From the NCBI RefSeq assembly GCF_004010195.1, contig NC_057718.1, forward strand, positions 48,667,859 to 48,731,858: a stretch of 64,000 nt of DNA, read 5' to 3'. The DNA is from Chiloscyllium plagiosum (taxonomy: Eukaryota). This document shows positions 1 to 12,655 of the stretch, in pieces. The translations under genes and the position numbers were made by a program. A model generated the notes under the pieces. It saw only the letters and a list, made by a program, of their open reading frames with translations, did not search any database and was not told where the DNA came from. Within the stretch, counting starts at the first letter, position 1. Each line of letters begins with the position of its first letter.

Positions 1-153
1 CTTTTTCAAGCCTGAAAGTATATTTGTACTTTAAATATTAAATAATGAAGAGAAACAAGAAAGATTTAAAGCATATTTACAGATTTTGACCAGATTAAAG
101 GTCACGGAGCTGTGCTATGGTAAATAATCTCTGGAGATCCTGAAGAAACTTAC

Positions 154-283
154 CTTTATTTTGCTCATGGTACTGCGGTGCATGGGATTAGGTGAGTTTC
201 TTAGTGTTTGGCTTGGCTTTCCTCACACTATCATATTCCCTGCAACAGCTGTTCTGTCCTTTTCATCGTCCAGACATTATTAG
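154..283 (-). other. Candidate spliced exon (5'UTR/start-codon exon or lncRNA exon)
   Basis: Minus strand reads ctaat (branch-like) + ttttttcttccccccacag| acceptor (AG at 284-285) and AAG|GTAAGT consensus donor (148-153). All three frames contain stops; the end could read ATG..MHRSTMSKIK in phase 0. Confidence 0.4.
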
Positions 284-459
284 CTGTGGGGGGAAGAAAA
301 AATCTCATTAGAAATTATTTGAGCTTCTTAAAATTGCTTCAAAATTAGCCCAGTACTTTATTATGACAACTTCAACATGCAGCCACTTTGTAGCACAGAT
401 GGTGGGAGAATTTTTATTTTAACTTTGGCAGGTGAACCAGACTTGACAATTTAACATTC

Positions 460-630
460 TCAAGAACAACAACTGGCTTTTAAATGGCACTATAGGGCCT
501 GTAGCAAAATGTCACAAGACACTTTACAGGAGTGTAAGCAGACAAAAATTGACACCGAGCTCAAGATTGAGACTTTAGGACAGGTGACCTAAAGCATGGT
601 CAAAAAACTAGGTTTAAAGAATCATTTTCC
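460..630 (-). mobile_element. Degenerate L2-like LINE 3' end
   Basis: Resembles the reverse of a vertebrate L2 3' tail (acaacaactggctttt...cactttacaggagtgt...ggacaggtgacctaaagcatggtcaaa). A similar decayed copy lies near 26905-27100. Confidence 0.35.
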
Positions 631-2454
631 ATGTGACCTGCTCCCTGTTCCCTTGATCAACACAGCTCATGGAGCCAACTGAGGACTGTATATAATGCAT
701 ATATATACATGTTTCTTATATTCACAATATCACTGCGTTTCAGGCAGAGTCAGATACTCAAACCTCAGAATACACAAGGCAATCTCATTCCTGACTGTGT
801 CAGCTGCACCCAGGCACCACCCCCAATGCCTATGCTGCCAGTCTTACCCAGATGTACTATTTATAAACAGCATTAGACCCCATCCAATGTCTTGGCCTCA
901 TCTGCTGCCATTAGAAAGTCTATCTGACTGGACAAAGAAACAGCTGAAGGTAATGCCAAAGTAAATATATCAAATTTGCTGGGTGGACAGGGAGACACAG
1001 GTGGGAGGGTGGTGGGAGCCTAGGAGCAGAGCGATGAAGTCTAATGCTTTGGAGGGATGGTGCTGGAATTTAAATTTAAAAAGATCAAATTCATTAAGCA
1101 CAATGGCTGAACACACCCATTTTCTAAATACATCTTTTCAAATCTGGTAACATTGGTGATTCTAATGTCTGCCGAGGACTCTTTTATTGCAAGCCATTGG
1201 TGGGTAAGATTACATTTAATGTGGTACAGAAACAGCTTGAAAGCTGCAAAAGCAAAATCAACTGCTCTAACATGGCAATTTTCACCTCATAAAGCTTAGT
1301 ATGAGCAGACCAGCATGTGTTCACACCTCTTACAGCATGATTATCTAAATTTATAATTTAGATTGAGTAAAGTATACATATGCTATAAAAGAAGTCCATA
1401 AAAGCAATCCATAAAGGAACCACTTAACGTTGTGAATTTCATCAACAATTAAATGCAAGATACCTACATTTTCAGAATCATGAACTGTGAAAATATGTCA
1501 AAACCGATTGTGAGCAAACTAAAAGTCTGATTTATAATGAATAGGGACCCTAATTTGTCTTTGGGCTACGTAATCAAGCCATTTCAAGAATTCAAGGACT
1601 TTACTTCGCACCCTTTTGGAAAAGGTCAAAGATCAATAGTACCAGTTCCCCTTGGCACCTCATAAATTTCAATTGAAAATGATTACGAGGAGGCAGGCTA
1701 AATGGCTTCTCAAGTTTGATCAAGATAGTTTTATCCAAATTGCAATTCAAAGTTGCAAACAATGTATTGGGCACACAGGAATTTTCACAATCCAATTAAA
1801 GGTTTCATCCAAATTACAGAGATTTTCAGTTCATTTGTAGAATGTGGAAAGTTAGATAGTCTTCAAACAATTGCAAGATTGTGATTAACTTCTGCAGCAT
1901 TTAAATCCCTAATTACTGATTGAGTATGTTTGATTAATATCTGAATTATACCATGTTCTATTCTTGATATTAGTATGATTCAGTCGTTAAGTTGGTTTTA
2001 AAATGTGAATTACATATTTGTTTTAAAAATTGAATAAATGCAGAAACTAAATTGAGACAGAGCAATTTGCTTGTTCTTTGGTTGTTTTACAGTCATGGGT
2101 TAACTGTTTAAGTGTCTTAATATAGTGGACAGCATGTGTATGCTCATTCTATACTGGAAGTGCTCTATTTGCCATATTCATTATTCATGATTGGGGGTGG
2201 CCGAGGGTTGGTAAACTCTGTTTACTTTTAAGGATTTAAATTGAACTGTGGACCATTACAAAATAAACCGGTGTAATGTCAACCTAATTTCTAATGAGCA
2301 AGGTGTATAACGTTAACCTGAATTACAACATTACTCTCAGAATATATAATGGTTGTGGGTGCGAATTTAATCCATAATTGGCCTGTATGAACCTGTGTTG
2401 AAAGTACATTATGCTGAAATGAATGGTGTTGGTCAGTGTCCTTGATGTGAATGA

Positions 2455-4063
2455 GATTTAAAAATCGAGGTAATCTCTGTGTGGAGCCACCAGAGATGGA
2501 TGAGATCCTAAATGAATATTTCTCATCAGTATTTACGGTTAAGGAATTTGGGAAATTAATAATGATGTCTTAAAGAGAGTCCACATTTCAGAAGAGGACC
2601 TACTGGAAGTTTAAAAATGCACTAAGGTAGATAAATCCCTGCGGCATGATGAAATGTATCCCAGGAATTTGGGTGAGGCGTATGGGAGGAAATTGCAGAG
2701 TCCCAGTAGAGATATTTGTATTATCAACAGCCACAGGTAAAATGCCCAAAGGCTGAAGGAAGGCTAATGTTGTGCCATTATGAAATGCCTGGGTACTATA
2801 GACCACTAGTATCTGTCATGGCTAAGTTGTTAGAGGGGATTCTGAGAGTCAGGATCTACATGCATTTGGAAAGGCAAGAACTCATTTGGGATAGTCAGTA
2901 TGGCTTTGTGCATGGGAAATCGTGTCTCATGAAATTGATTGAGATTTTTGAAGGGATGACCAAAAAAGTAGATGAGGATAGTGTGGTAGACCTGGACTTT
3001 AGCAAGACCTTTGATAATGTACTGCATGGTGGGTTATTGAGTAAGGTTGAATGTCATCGGATCCAGAAGACAAAGGACGGCGATAGAGGGCTGTCTTTCA
3101 AACTGGAGGCCTGTGACCAATGGTGTGCAAGAGGATTGGTGCTGGGTCCATTGTTACTTGTCATTTATATAAATGATTTGGATGAGAATTTAGGACGTAT
3201 GGTTAGTAACTTTGTGGATGACACCAAGATTGGTGGCATAGTTGGACAGTGAAGAAGGTTATCTGGGAATACAGCGAGATCTTGATCAACTCGGCTGGTG
3301 AGCTAAGGAGTGGTAGATGAAGTTTAATTTAGCAAAATGAGAGGTGTTGTATTTTGGTGGAACAAACAGGGCAGGACTTACACAGTCAATGGTAGTGCTC
3401 TGGGGAGTGTTATAGAACAAAGAGATCTAGGAACACAGGCTCATAGTTCCTTGGAAATGGAGTCATGGGTGGACAGAGTGGTGAAGAAAGCATTCGGCAT
3501 GCTTGCTTTCATCAGTCAGAGCATTGAGTATAGGAGTTGGGGCATCTTGTTGTAGCTGTATGAGACATTGGTAAGGCCTCATATGGAGTACTGCTTGCAG
3601 TTCAGGTCACCCTACTATAGAAAGGATATTATTAAACTAGAAAGATTGCAGAAAAGATTTACTGGGATGCTACCTGAGAGTTAAAAAGAGAGGCTGGTTA
3701 GTCTGGTTTTTTTCCTTGGAGCAGAAGAGACTGAGGGATGACCTTATAGAATCTGTAAAATCATGACAGGCATAGACAAGGTAGATAGCCAACAGCTTTT
3801 CCCCATGGTAGGGGAGACTGAAACAAGAGGTCATAGATTTAAGGTGAGAAGGGGGAGATACAAAAAGGTCCAGAGAGGCAATTTGTTTCACAAGAGGGTG
3901 GTGACTGACTGAAATGAGCTGACAGAGTGGTGGAGGTGAATACAATATTGTCTTTTAAGAAACATTTGGACAGGTACAAAACACAGGCAAATGGGACTAG
4001 TTTGTGATACTGGAAGGGCTGAAAAGCCTGTTTCCAAGTTGTAAAACTCTATGACTCTATGAC
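2455..4063 (+). mobile_element. CR1 LINE, 5'-truncated, decayed ORF2 (RT)
   Basis: ORF pieces read PGYYRPLV, QYGFVHGKSCL, DLDFSKTFD, LGPLLLVIYINDLD, FVDDTKIGG; ends in a (ctatgact)n tail at ~4048-4063. Confidence 0.92.
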
Positions 4064-4438
4064 AATACCTCTTTCCTGCAAGTATTAGATAACAATGTTC
4101 AGCTGTATTCAAACCTTGAATGCATCACTTTGAATATACAATTAGATTTTAATTACCAAAGGATGGTCCCATGAACAATTGTTTTTCCAATAAAGTAAGC
4201 ACACTGTGTTCCAAAAGTGTTTTGCAACTTGGGAAGTATATTTGGAAACATAATTATCATTGCAGTATAGAAAATGTGTGCCAATTTGTGAAGTGAAAGA
4301 TTCTACAAATGTTATTTCAAAAGGTATTTCATTGGCTCAGCAGTACTTCAGGATGTGAAAAGTGCTGTAACTGTATGCATTCTTTCTTACAAATGAAATA
4401 AATTTAGCCAAAATGACAAAGATGTATTGTACCATATA

Positions 4439-4645
4439 CAGTCAGTTCTATAATAACACGGTAGTTCTGTTCTCATGCAGTTCTCTGCTATACGAAAATT
4501 GCATAATAGCAGCACTACCTAAACTAATAGGGCCAGAATCATGTTATACCAATACACACTTTAAAAGTTCACGCTTTAGAAACAGTATCAATCGCATTAT
4601 AACAAATTTGCTTTAGCAAAACGTGCGTTGTAGCAGAATGACATG
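4439..4645 (-). mobile_element. Tigger/pogo-type MITE
   Basis: TA-flanked, with imperfect TIRs cagtcagttctataataacacg / cgttgtagcagaatgacatg. Both ends match the termini of the Tigger at 36215-37782 in the opposite orientation. Confidence 0.75.
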
Positions 4646-5032
4646 TATTGATGGGACAGAATATCAAACAATCTATCTTAAAGGTGGCCTGAGGTTCCTT
4701 CTCAATTCTGTGATGCATTCCTGTTCTTAGTCCTGAGGGGTGGTGCCATTTCCCCGTATCATTGTATACTTATGGTGGGCATGTCTAACTCAACTTTGAA
4801 TGTTTTCTGGATTTCGTTGATAAGATTATTTATAGATGATCTTTCCTTCACATTTAGCTCTAAAACTATTTTGGCTCTTTTCTATTGTATTAGTACAGTT
4901 TCCATCAAATGTCATGAAGGTGACAATTTCAGGAATTTTGAAATATCAAGCTTTTCCGTTTTATTACTCAAATACTGTGAATGTGAAAATTCAATCTGTT
5001 ATCTCAATTCTAATTTGCATTGCATCATACCT

Positions 5033-6674
5033 GGTAAAAACAATGACTGCAGATGCTGGAAACCAGAGTCTAGATTAGAGTGGTACTGGAAAAGCAGGGA
5101 CAGTGCTGAGCTGGAAGTTTGGAACTGGGGTGAGGTGGGGAAGGGGAAATGAGGAAACTGTCGAAGTCCGCATTGATGCCCTGGGTTTGAAGTGTTCCGA
5201 GCCGGAAGATGAGGCATTCTTCCTCCAGGCGTCTGGTGGTGAGGGAGCAGCAGTGAAGGAGGCCCAGGACCTCCATGTCTTCGGCAGAGTGGGAGGGGAG
5301 TTGAAATGTTGGGCCACAGGGCGGTTTGGTTGATTGGTGCGGGTGTCCCAGAGATGTTCCCTAAAGCGCTCTGCTAGGAGGCATCCAGTCTCCCCAATGT
5401 AGAGGAGACCACATTGGGAGCAATGGATACAATAAATGATATTGGTGGATGTACAGGTAAAACTTTGATGGATGTGGAAGGCTCCTTTAGGCCCTTGGTT
5501 GGAGGTGAGGGACGAGGTGTGGGCGCAGATTTTGCAATTCCTATGGTGGCAGGGGAAGGTGCCAGGATGGGAGGGTGGACCTGACCAGGTAGTCACGGAG
5601 GGAACAGTCTTTGCGGAAGGTGGAAAGGAGTGGGGAGGGAAACATATTCCTGGTGATGGGGTCTGTTTGGAGGGGGCGGAAATGTCGGCGAATGATTTGG
5701 TTTATGCGAAGGTTGGTAGGGTGGAAGGTGAGCACCAGGGGCATTCTGTCCTTGTTATGGTTGGAGGGGTGGGGTTTGAGGGCGGGGATGCGGGATGTGG
5801 ACGAGATGCGTTGGAGGACATTTTTAACCACGTGGGAAGGGAAATTGCGGTCTCTAAAGAAGGAGGCCCTCTGGTGTGTTCTGTTGTGGAACTGGTGCTC
5901 CTGGGAGCAGATACGGCAGAGGCGGAGGAATTGGGAATACGGGATGGCATTTTTGCAGGAGGTAGGGTGAGAAAAGGTGTAATCCAGGTAGCTGTGGGAG
6001 TCGGTGGGTTTGTAAAAAATGTCGGTGTCAAGTCGGTAGTCATTAATGGAGATAGAGAGGTCCAGGAAGGGGAGGGAGATGTCAGAGATGGTCCAGGTAA
6101 ATTTAAGGTCAGGGTGGAATGTGTTGGTGAAGTTAATGGATTGCTCAACCTCCTCGCGGGAGCACGAGGTGGTGCCAATGCAGTCATCAATGTAGCGGAG
6201 GAAGAGGTGGGGAGTGGTGCCGGTGTAATTATGGAAGATGGACTGTTCTACGTAGCCAACAAAAAGACAGGCATAGCTCGTGCCCATACGGGTGCCCATG
6301 GCTACCCCTTTGGTCTGGAGGAAGTGGGAGGATTCGAAGGAGAAATTGTTAAGGGTGAGGACCAGTTCGGCCAAACGAATGAGAATGTCGGTGGAAGGGT
6401 ACTGTTGGGGACGTCGGGAGAGGAAGAAACGGAGGGCTTGGAGGCCCTGGTCATGGCAGATGGAGGTGTAGAGGGACTGTATATCCATGGTGAAGATGGG
6501 GCTGGGGAAACGGAAGTCTTGGAGCAGGTGGAGGGCGTGGGTGGTGTCTCGAATGTATGTGGGGAGTTCCTGGACTAGGGGGAATAGGACAGTGTCGAGG
6601 TAGGTAGAAATGAGTTCAGTGGGGCAGGAGTATGCTGAGACAATGGGTCGGCCAGGGTGGTCAGGCTTGTGGAT
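5033..6674 (-). mobile_element. Penelope-like element (RT + GIY-YIG endonuclease), 5'-truncated
   Basis: RT motifs DIQSLYTSI, QTKGVAMGTRMG, FLRYIDDC, LPFLD; Cys-rich linker and GIY-YIG (NIIYCIHCSQCGLLYIGETG...RFREH...VAQHFN); terminus matches other PLE ends in the window (28455-28500). Confidence 0.95.
5075..6488 (-). pseudogene. Frameshifted PLE RT/GIY-YIG polyprotein
   Basis: ORFs 5541-6488 (RT) and 5075-5596 (endonuclease) overlap in different frames, implying a small deletion near 5575. Confidence 0.85.
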
Positions 6675-7224
6675 ACACCTTCCAGCTCATATCGTGATAG
6701 ATAGTGAAAAATAAGTAAAATTACCTTTTTCATATGTTAAACAATATCATTCACGTTAAGATATATATCTGGTTGCAACCTCTATCCTTTACACAGCTAC
6801 TTTACATGAATCCTTGTAGGATTTAAGAGAACAGTTCAGGACAAATAACAGGAAGCATTTTTTTGCAGAGGGTTTATCAGAGTTGGGATGGATTTCCAAG
6901 GCTGTGAAGTCAGCATCCTGATTGTTTACAGAAAAAAATTAAAATGTTGCAATTTTGAAAATGCTGCAATTTTCCTTTGCCTAATGACTTATTTTGGTCA
7001 GACCTGGAAATGTGTCTTTCAACTTTCTTGTCCTCCTGTATAATCATCACAGTGGTAATTTCTTGAACAAAATTTGTCTCTTTTATACTGCGACAAGAAA
7101 AAAAGCCCTTTGATAGATACATCACAAACGCAGACATTTTGGTATGCCAAAAATGCAAGCCATTAGAGATATAGTAAGTTACTGTTCTAGAATAATCAAT
7201 TTCTATCTTGTGATTGTGTGATGA

Positions 7225-7372
7225 CATATATACACAATGGATATAGTTTATTACTTGATATATTCACTAAGAATATATGGATTATTATGTCAAGTATACA
7301 TTCAGAGTATATGGTTTATTGCTCAACATGTACCCTCAGAATATATTGTTTATTACGCCTTGTATACATTGC
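7225..7372. repeat. Degenerate ~32-bp tandem repeat, about 4 copies
   Basis: Recurring cagaatatatggtttattac-like unit. Confidence 0.45.
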
Positions 7373-7374
7373 AT

Positions 7375-7578
7375 CCATGATATCGAGGTGCTGATGTTGG
7401 ACTTCCGTGGACAAAGTCAGAAGTCACATGACATCAGATTATAGTCAAACAGGTTTATTTGAAATCACAAGGTTTTGGAGCTCTCCACCATTTCACCTGA
7501 TGATGGCGAGCACTCCGAAAACCTGTGATTTCAAATAAACCTGGTGGATTATAACTCTGTGTGTGTGACTTCTGACTT
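7375..7578. mobile_element. Short inverted-repeat PLE-terminus insertion
   Basis: Arms aagtcagaagtcaca...gaaatcaca / tgtgatttc...tgtgacttctgactt; 12-bp direct repeat tatacattgcat at 7363-7374 and 7579-7590. Confidence 0.75.
7493..7528 (+). ncRNA. Degenerate minimal hammerhead ribozyme motif
   Basis: tcac-CTGATGA-tggcgagcactcc-GAAA-acct-gtga; stem I tcac/gtga pairs; the cleavage-site region looks mutated. Confidence 0.4.
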
Positions 7579-7629
7579 TATACATTGCATGATTTATTCC
7601 TCTCTATATAAATACAGAATAATGAATCA

Positions 7630-7755
7630 ATGTTCTGAAGAAGGATGATTGGATGTTGACTCTGCTTCTCTCCCCATTGATGCCTCTTGACCTGCTGAAT
7701 TTCTCCTACAATTCCTGTTTTTGTTTCAGGTTTCCAGCATTCACAGCTCTTTGTT
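7630..7755 (+). mobile_element. Decayed PLE terminal sequence
   Basis: ttctgaagaagg...gacctgctgaatttctc...gtttccagcattcacagctctttg resembles the other PLE ends; similar relics at ~9118-9250 and ~9660-9735. Confidence 0.45.
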
Positions 7756-8442
7756 TAAATTCTTGGTTTCATGTCTCTACATTGAATCACACTAAGCTTC
7801 AACCAACTTCATTTCCCACATATGACACAGATGGCTTGAGTATTTGGGACAGCAAAACTGTAAGCATTTGGGAGGCATTTGTTTTCTTATTGCAGTATCT
7901 ATGAGGTTCAGCAAACGGTTATATTAAAGGAACGATCAGTTGACTTATATGCTAGAAAAACAGATGAAAGATTTGATTTTAACATTCCCATGTCTGACAG
8001 GAATTGGATGTGGAAGTGGATTGAAAATGGAGTAGCATAATTCCCTCCAGCAGACCATAGGATACAATAGTCTGCACCATCTTTGCAGGCATGTTCGAAG
8101 GAACTTATGGTTCAATGCATGCTCTCAATGCAGGCAGGTGAAAACCTGAATGATTATTCCATATTCAGGACCCGATAATGTCATTTGAGTCCCAATGTGA
8201 ATTCAACAGCAAAGATTTCGTGATAAGTAAACTGGCACTAAGGAGATGCTGTCCCAGAAAGATGGAAAAAATTAGTTATTTTAATTATTTAAATATTCCT
8301 TGTCAGGGTCATTTGGAGGTGGAGCACATAAAGATCTTTAGGACCCCCATCCATACTCTTGGCTTTGATCTTGCCTAACTGTAGTCACCTCTGCTACTCA
8401 TCTGCCCCCACCTTAATTACTGCTTTCAATAGGTGACAGCTG

Positions 8443-8783
8443 GAGAATCACAGAATTGCTGCAGTGCTGATAGAGGCTATTTGGACCATCAAATCTTCAC
8501 TGACCCTCTGAACAGTATCCCACCCAAACCCATTTCCCAAACTTATTCCTTTAGCCCTGCATTTCCCATGGCTAATCCAGTGAACCTGCACATTGCTGGA
8601 CACTGTGAACAATTTAGCATGGCCAATCCACCTGGACTGTGGGAGGAAACCGGAGCACCCAGCAGAAACCCACACAAACACGGGGAGAACATGCAAACTC
8701 CACACAGTCATCCAATGCTAGAATTAGACGCGTGTCCCTGGCACTGTGAGGCAGTAGTGCTGACCACAGTGACACCATGCCAC
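8443..8783 (-). mobile_element. HE1/V-SINE-type tRNA-derived SINE
   Basis: Minus strand shows a tRNA-like head and the core tgtgtggagtttgcatgttctccccgtg...ggtttcctcccacagtcc shared with the other copies. Confidence 0.85.
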
Positions 8784-9904
8784 TCATAATGTTCCCACAG
8801 GACCTGGTGGTGGCTTCCGCATTCAAAAAGAGTTTCCCTACTAGCCAGCCATGTGACTGAATTGAAGCCATGCTAACTGGTGTTTCAGAAACAAAGATAC
8901 ATAGTTTTTATTTGTGAAAGGAGATTATTAACTGCCTCAGTCTAATAGATCTCACACCAATCTCATATTCTCACAACTGAACATTATCAATATGTACTCA
9001 AAGCAAGTTAATAGCATATGTTCGTTTTAACCTCAGCAATGACATTCATCAACATTAAACATGTGAATAACAAGGAGTTAGCAGACCAGGTACTAGCTCC
9101 TACAGGATTAGGAGACAGATTCTGAAGAAGATTCTGGAAAAGAGTCACTGGATCTTTCTCCTTACAGATAACGTGAGACTTTCTGAGCCTTTCCAGTTAT
9201 TTCTGTTTTTATTTCTGATTTCCAGAATCTGCAGTTCTTTTGGACTTTTTGTTTAGGATAGAGATTCCTTTGGAGATGGGAATGACAACTGGAATTTAAA
9301 AAGGTTGGATATGCACTAAAATATCATCAGGCTAATTTGTTGTTCAAGTGGCTGCATCATGCCTTAGTCAAAGTGCGAAGGTGTTTTCTGGAATAGTTCA
9401 GGAAGGCTTTGAATGCACATGATTACCACTAGTATTGATAATGAAGGGAATATCACAAATTATCTGCCCTGTTTCAATCATATTGGTTCTCTCTCCCTGC
9501 AAAAGGACCTATGGCACTCAATTAAAATGGAAATACTTCAAGGGAGTTGATTGGCAGTTCTATTGGAATTTAGGAGATGTATTTTGAATTGGGAAAAAAA
9601 AACTTGCAATTATTGAGTGCCTTTCTTGACCACAGGACATACCAAACAGCTTTACAGTCAATGACTTACTTTTGCTGTCAGATCTGCTGCATTTCACTAG
9701 CAATTTCTGTTTTTGTCCACAATTCTTTGTTTTGTTTATGTACATTGGAAGTGTACTTAGTATTTTAAAGTGAGAAACATGGTGGTCAATTTGAGATCAG
9801 CAAGCTCCTGTAAATAGTATGGTAATGACCAGATTATCTGTTTTTTGAACATCCATTGAAGGCTACATATTGGTCAGGACAACAGGAAGAGCTCCCCTGC
9901 TTTT

Positions 9905-11888
9905 ACAGGAAACAGTGCAGTGAGATCTGAAACAGGCTGTCATGCTTGAACAGGTTGATGTTAAGAAGGAGAATGTGCTGAAAATTCTGAAAAACATAAG
10001 GATAGATAAGGCCACTGGGCCAGATGGGATATACCCAAGATTGCTACAGGAAGCAAGGGAAGAGATTGCTGCGCCTTTGGCAATGATCTTTGTGTCCTCA
10101 CTGTCCACTGGAGTAGTGTCAGATGATCAGAGGGTAGCACATGTTATTCCCTTGTGCAAGAAAGGGAGTAGGGGTAATCCTGGGAATTATAGACCAGTCA
10201 GTCTTATGTCTGTGGTGGGCAAATTATTAGGATTCTGAGAGACAGGATTGATGATTATTTGGTAACAGGATAGCTCAATTAGAGATAGTCATCATGGCTT
10301 TGTGAGGGGATGGTCATGCCTCGCAAGCCTTATTGAATTTTTTGAGGATGTGACAAAACAAATTGATGAAGGTAGAGCAGTGAATGTGGTGTGCATGGAT
10401 TTTAGCAAGGTGTTTGATAAGGTTCCCCATAGTAGGCTCATTCAGAAAGTAAAGAGGCATGGGATACAGGGAAACTTGGCTGTCTGGATACAGAATTGGC
10501 TGGCCCATAGAAGACAGAGGGTGGTAGTAGGTGGAAATATTCAGCCTGGAGCTCGGTGACTAATGGTGTTCCGCAGGGATCGGTTCTGGGATCTGTGCTC
10601 TTTGTGATTTTTATAAATGACTTGCATGAGGAAGGGGAAGGGTGGGTTATTAAGTTTGTCAATGACACACAGCTTGGTGAAGTTGTGGATAGTGTGGAGG
10701 GCTGTTGTAGGTCGCAACGGGACATTGACAGGATGCAGAACTAGGCTGATAAGTGGCAGATGAAGTTCAACATGGAAAAATGTGAAGTGATTCATTTTGG
10801 AAAGTCGAATTTGAGTGCAGAATACAGGACTAAAGGCAGGATTCTTGGCAGTATGGAGGAACAGGGGGATTTTGGGGTCCATGTCCAAAGATTAGATCAG
10901 ATTGGATTCCCTACACTATGGAAACAGACCCTTTGATCCAACAAGTCCACAAACACCCTCTGAAGAGCAACCCACCCACACTCATTCCCTCCCCATTTAC
11001 CCCTAACAAATGCACCTAACACTATGACAATTTAGCATGGCCAATTCAACTGACCTGCACATCTTTTGATTGTGGGAGGAAACTGGAGCACCCGGAAGAA
11101 ACCCACACAGACACGGGGAGAATGTGCAAACTCCACACAGACAGTTGCTCGAGGCAGAAATCAAACCCGGAGCTCTGGCATTGTGAGGCAGCAGTGTTAA
11201 CCACTGAGCCACCATGCTACCCCTCAAAGATGCCACCCAAGTTGATAGGATTATTAAGGAGGTATATGGTGTGTTGGCTTTCATTAACAGGGGATTGAGT
11301 TTAAGAGCTGCAAGGTTATGCTGCAGAGCTATAGAGTCCTGATTAGACCACACTTGGAAGAATGTGTTCAGTTCTGGTTGCCTCATTATATGAAGGATGT
11401 GGAAGCTTTAGTGAGGGTGCAGAGGAGATTTACCAGTTGCTGCCTGGTCTGGAGGGTATGTCTTGGTGAATAAAGGTGGAGGGGGCTAGGGCTTTTCTCA
11501 TTGGAATGAAGAAGGGTGAGAGGCAACTTGATAGAGGTGTACAAGATGGTGAGAGGCATAGATAGAGTGAATAGTCAGAGACTTTTTTCCAGTTCAGAAA
11601 TGGTTGTCACATGGGAGCATAATTTTAGGATAATTGGAGGAAGATTTAGGGGAGATGTCATAGGTAGCTACTTTACATAGAGAGTGGTGAGTGTGTGGAA
11701 TGCACATCAGTGGTGGTAGTACAGTCAAATACATTAGGGACATTTAACCAAATCTTGGATAGGCACATGGATGATAGTAAACTGAAGGGTATGTAGGTTA
11801 GTCTGATCTTAGAATTGGATAAAAGATCAGCACAACATTAAGGGCCGAAGGGCCTATACGGTGCTGTACTGTTCCATGTTTCATGTTT
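9905..11888 (+). mobile_element. CR1 LINE, 5'-truncated
   Basis: GPDGIYPRLLQE, PGNYRPVSLMSVVGK, DFSKVFDKVPH, GVPQGSVLG, KFVNDT; CR1 3' UTR at ~11800-11888. Confidence 0.92.
10890..11220 (-). mobile_element. HE1/V-SINE-type SINE inserted in CR1
   Basis: Minus strand head gtggctcagtggttaacactgctgcctcac...ccgggtttgatttc (A/B-box-like), conserved core and CR1-like tail; interrupts the CR1 RT between gtccaaag and ccctcaaag. Confidence 0.9.
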
Positions 11889-12105
11889 AATTTCTTACTT
11901 TTATGTTCACTTAAGAAGACAGATGGAACCCTTGTTTAATATTTTATCCAAAAGATAACATCTTCACCAGTGCAGGACTCCCTGAATACTGCACAGGAGG
12001 GTCAGTCCTGATTTTATTTGTTTCAGTCCTGAGTTGAACCACCTTCTGTCTCTGAGGTTACTATTAATACTACGTTTTGAAAATGCTGTTCTACCCACAG
12101 TGATA

Positions 12106-12655
12106 TGAAGATCAAGAAAGCACAACAACGCGTCTACTTCTTCAGGAGGCTAAGGAAATTTGGCATGTCCATAAAGACTCTTATCAATTTTTATAGATGC
12201 ACCATAAAAAACATTCTATCAAGATGCCTCACAGCTGGTTACGGCAACTGCTCTGCCTAGGATGGTAAGAGAGTACAGAGAATTGTGAATATATCCCTGT
12301 CCATTACACAAGCCAACCTTCCATCCATTGACTCTACCTACACTTCTTGCTGCCTCAGGAAGGAAGCCAACATCAACAAAGACCCCTCCTGTCCTGGTTA
12401 CGCTCTCTTCCAACCTCTTCTATTGGGCAGAAGATACAAAAGCTTAACCACACACTACAGATACAAGAACAGCTTCTTCCCCGCTGTTATCTGATTTCTG
12501 AGTGGGCCCCTCAAAATTTTAAATTTGTTGTTGACCTCGATCTTTGTGCATCTGCTGTAGCATTTTAGTTCTCTGCCTGGTATGATCTGTCTGTACTGCA
12601 CACAAAACAAAGTTTTTCACTGTCCCTAGGCCCATGTGACAATAATGAATCAATG
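12106..12655 (+). mobile_element. Rex1/Babar-like LINE 3' fragment
   Basis: KKAQQRVYFFRRLRKFG..., ITQANLPSIDSTY, DPSCPGYALFQPLLLGRRYKS; homologous to 59088-60068. Confidence 0.75.

Larger units (their letters stand above)
9740..12060 (-). mobile_element. Old DeuSINE-like SINE split by a CR1 insertion (9740-9903 and 11890-12060)
   Basis: Left half ends ...tattggtcaggacaacaggaagagctcccctgcttt; right half resumes ...ttcacttaagaagacagatgg...cagtgcaggactccctgaatactgcac...ttgaacccaccttctgtctctgagg; colinear with the relic at 20545-20758. Confidence 0.55.

Noticed and set aside
5472..6578. 368-aa Gly/Val/Glu-rich ORF on +
   Set aside because: Antisense shadow of the C-rich PLE RT coding strand; no domain motifs.
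7004..7087. 84-nt minus-strand exon candidate (IKETNFVQEITTVMIIQEDKKVERHIS)
   Set aside because: Good acceptor but weak donor (GTCTGA) and no recognisable protein similarity.
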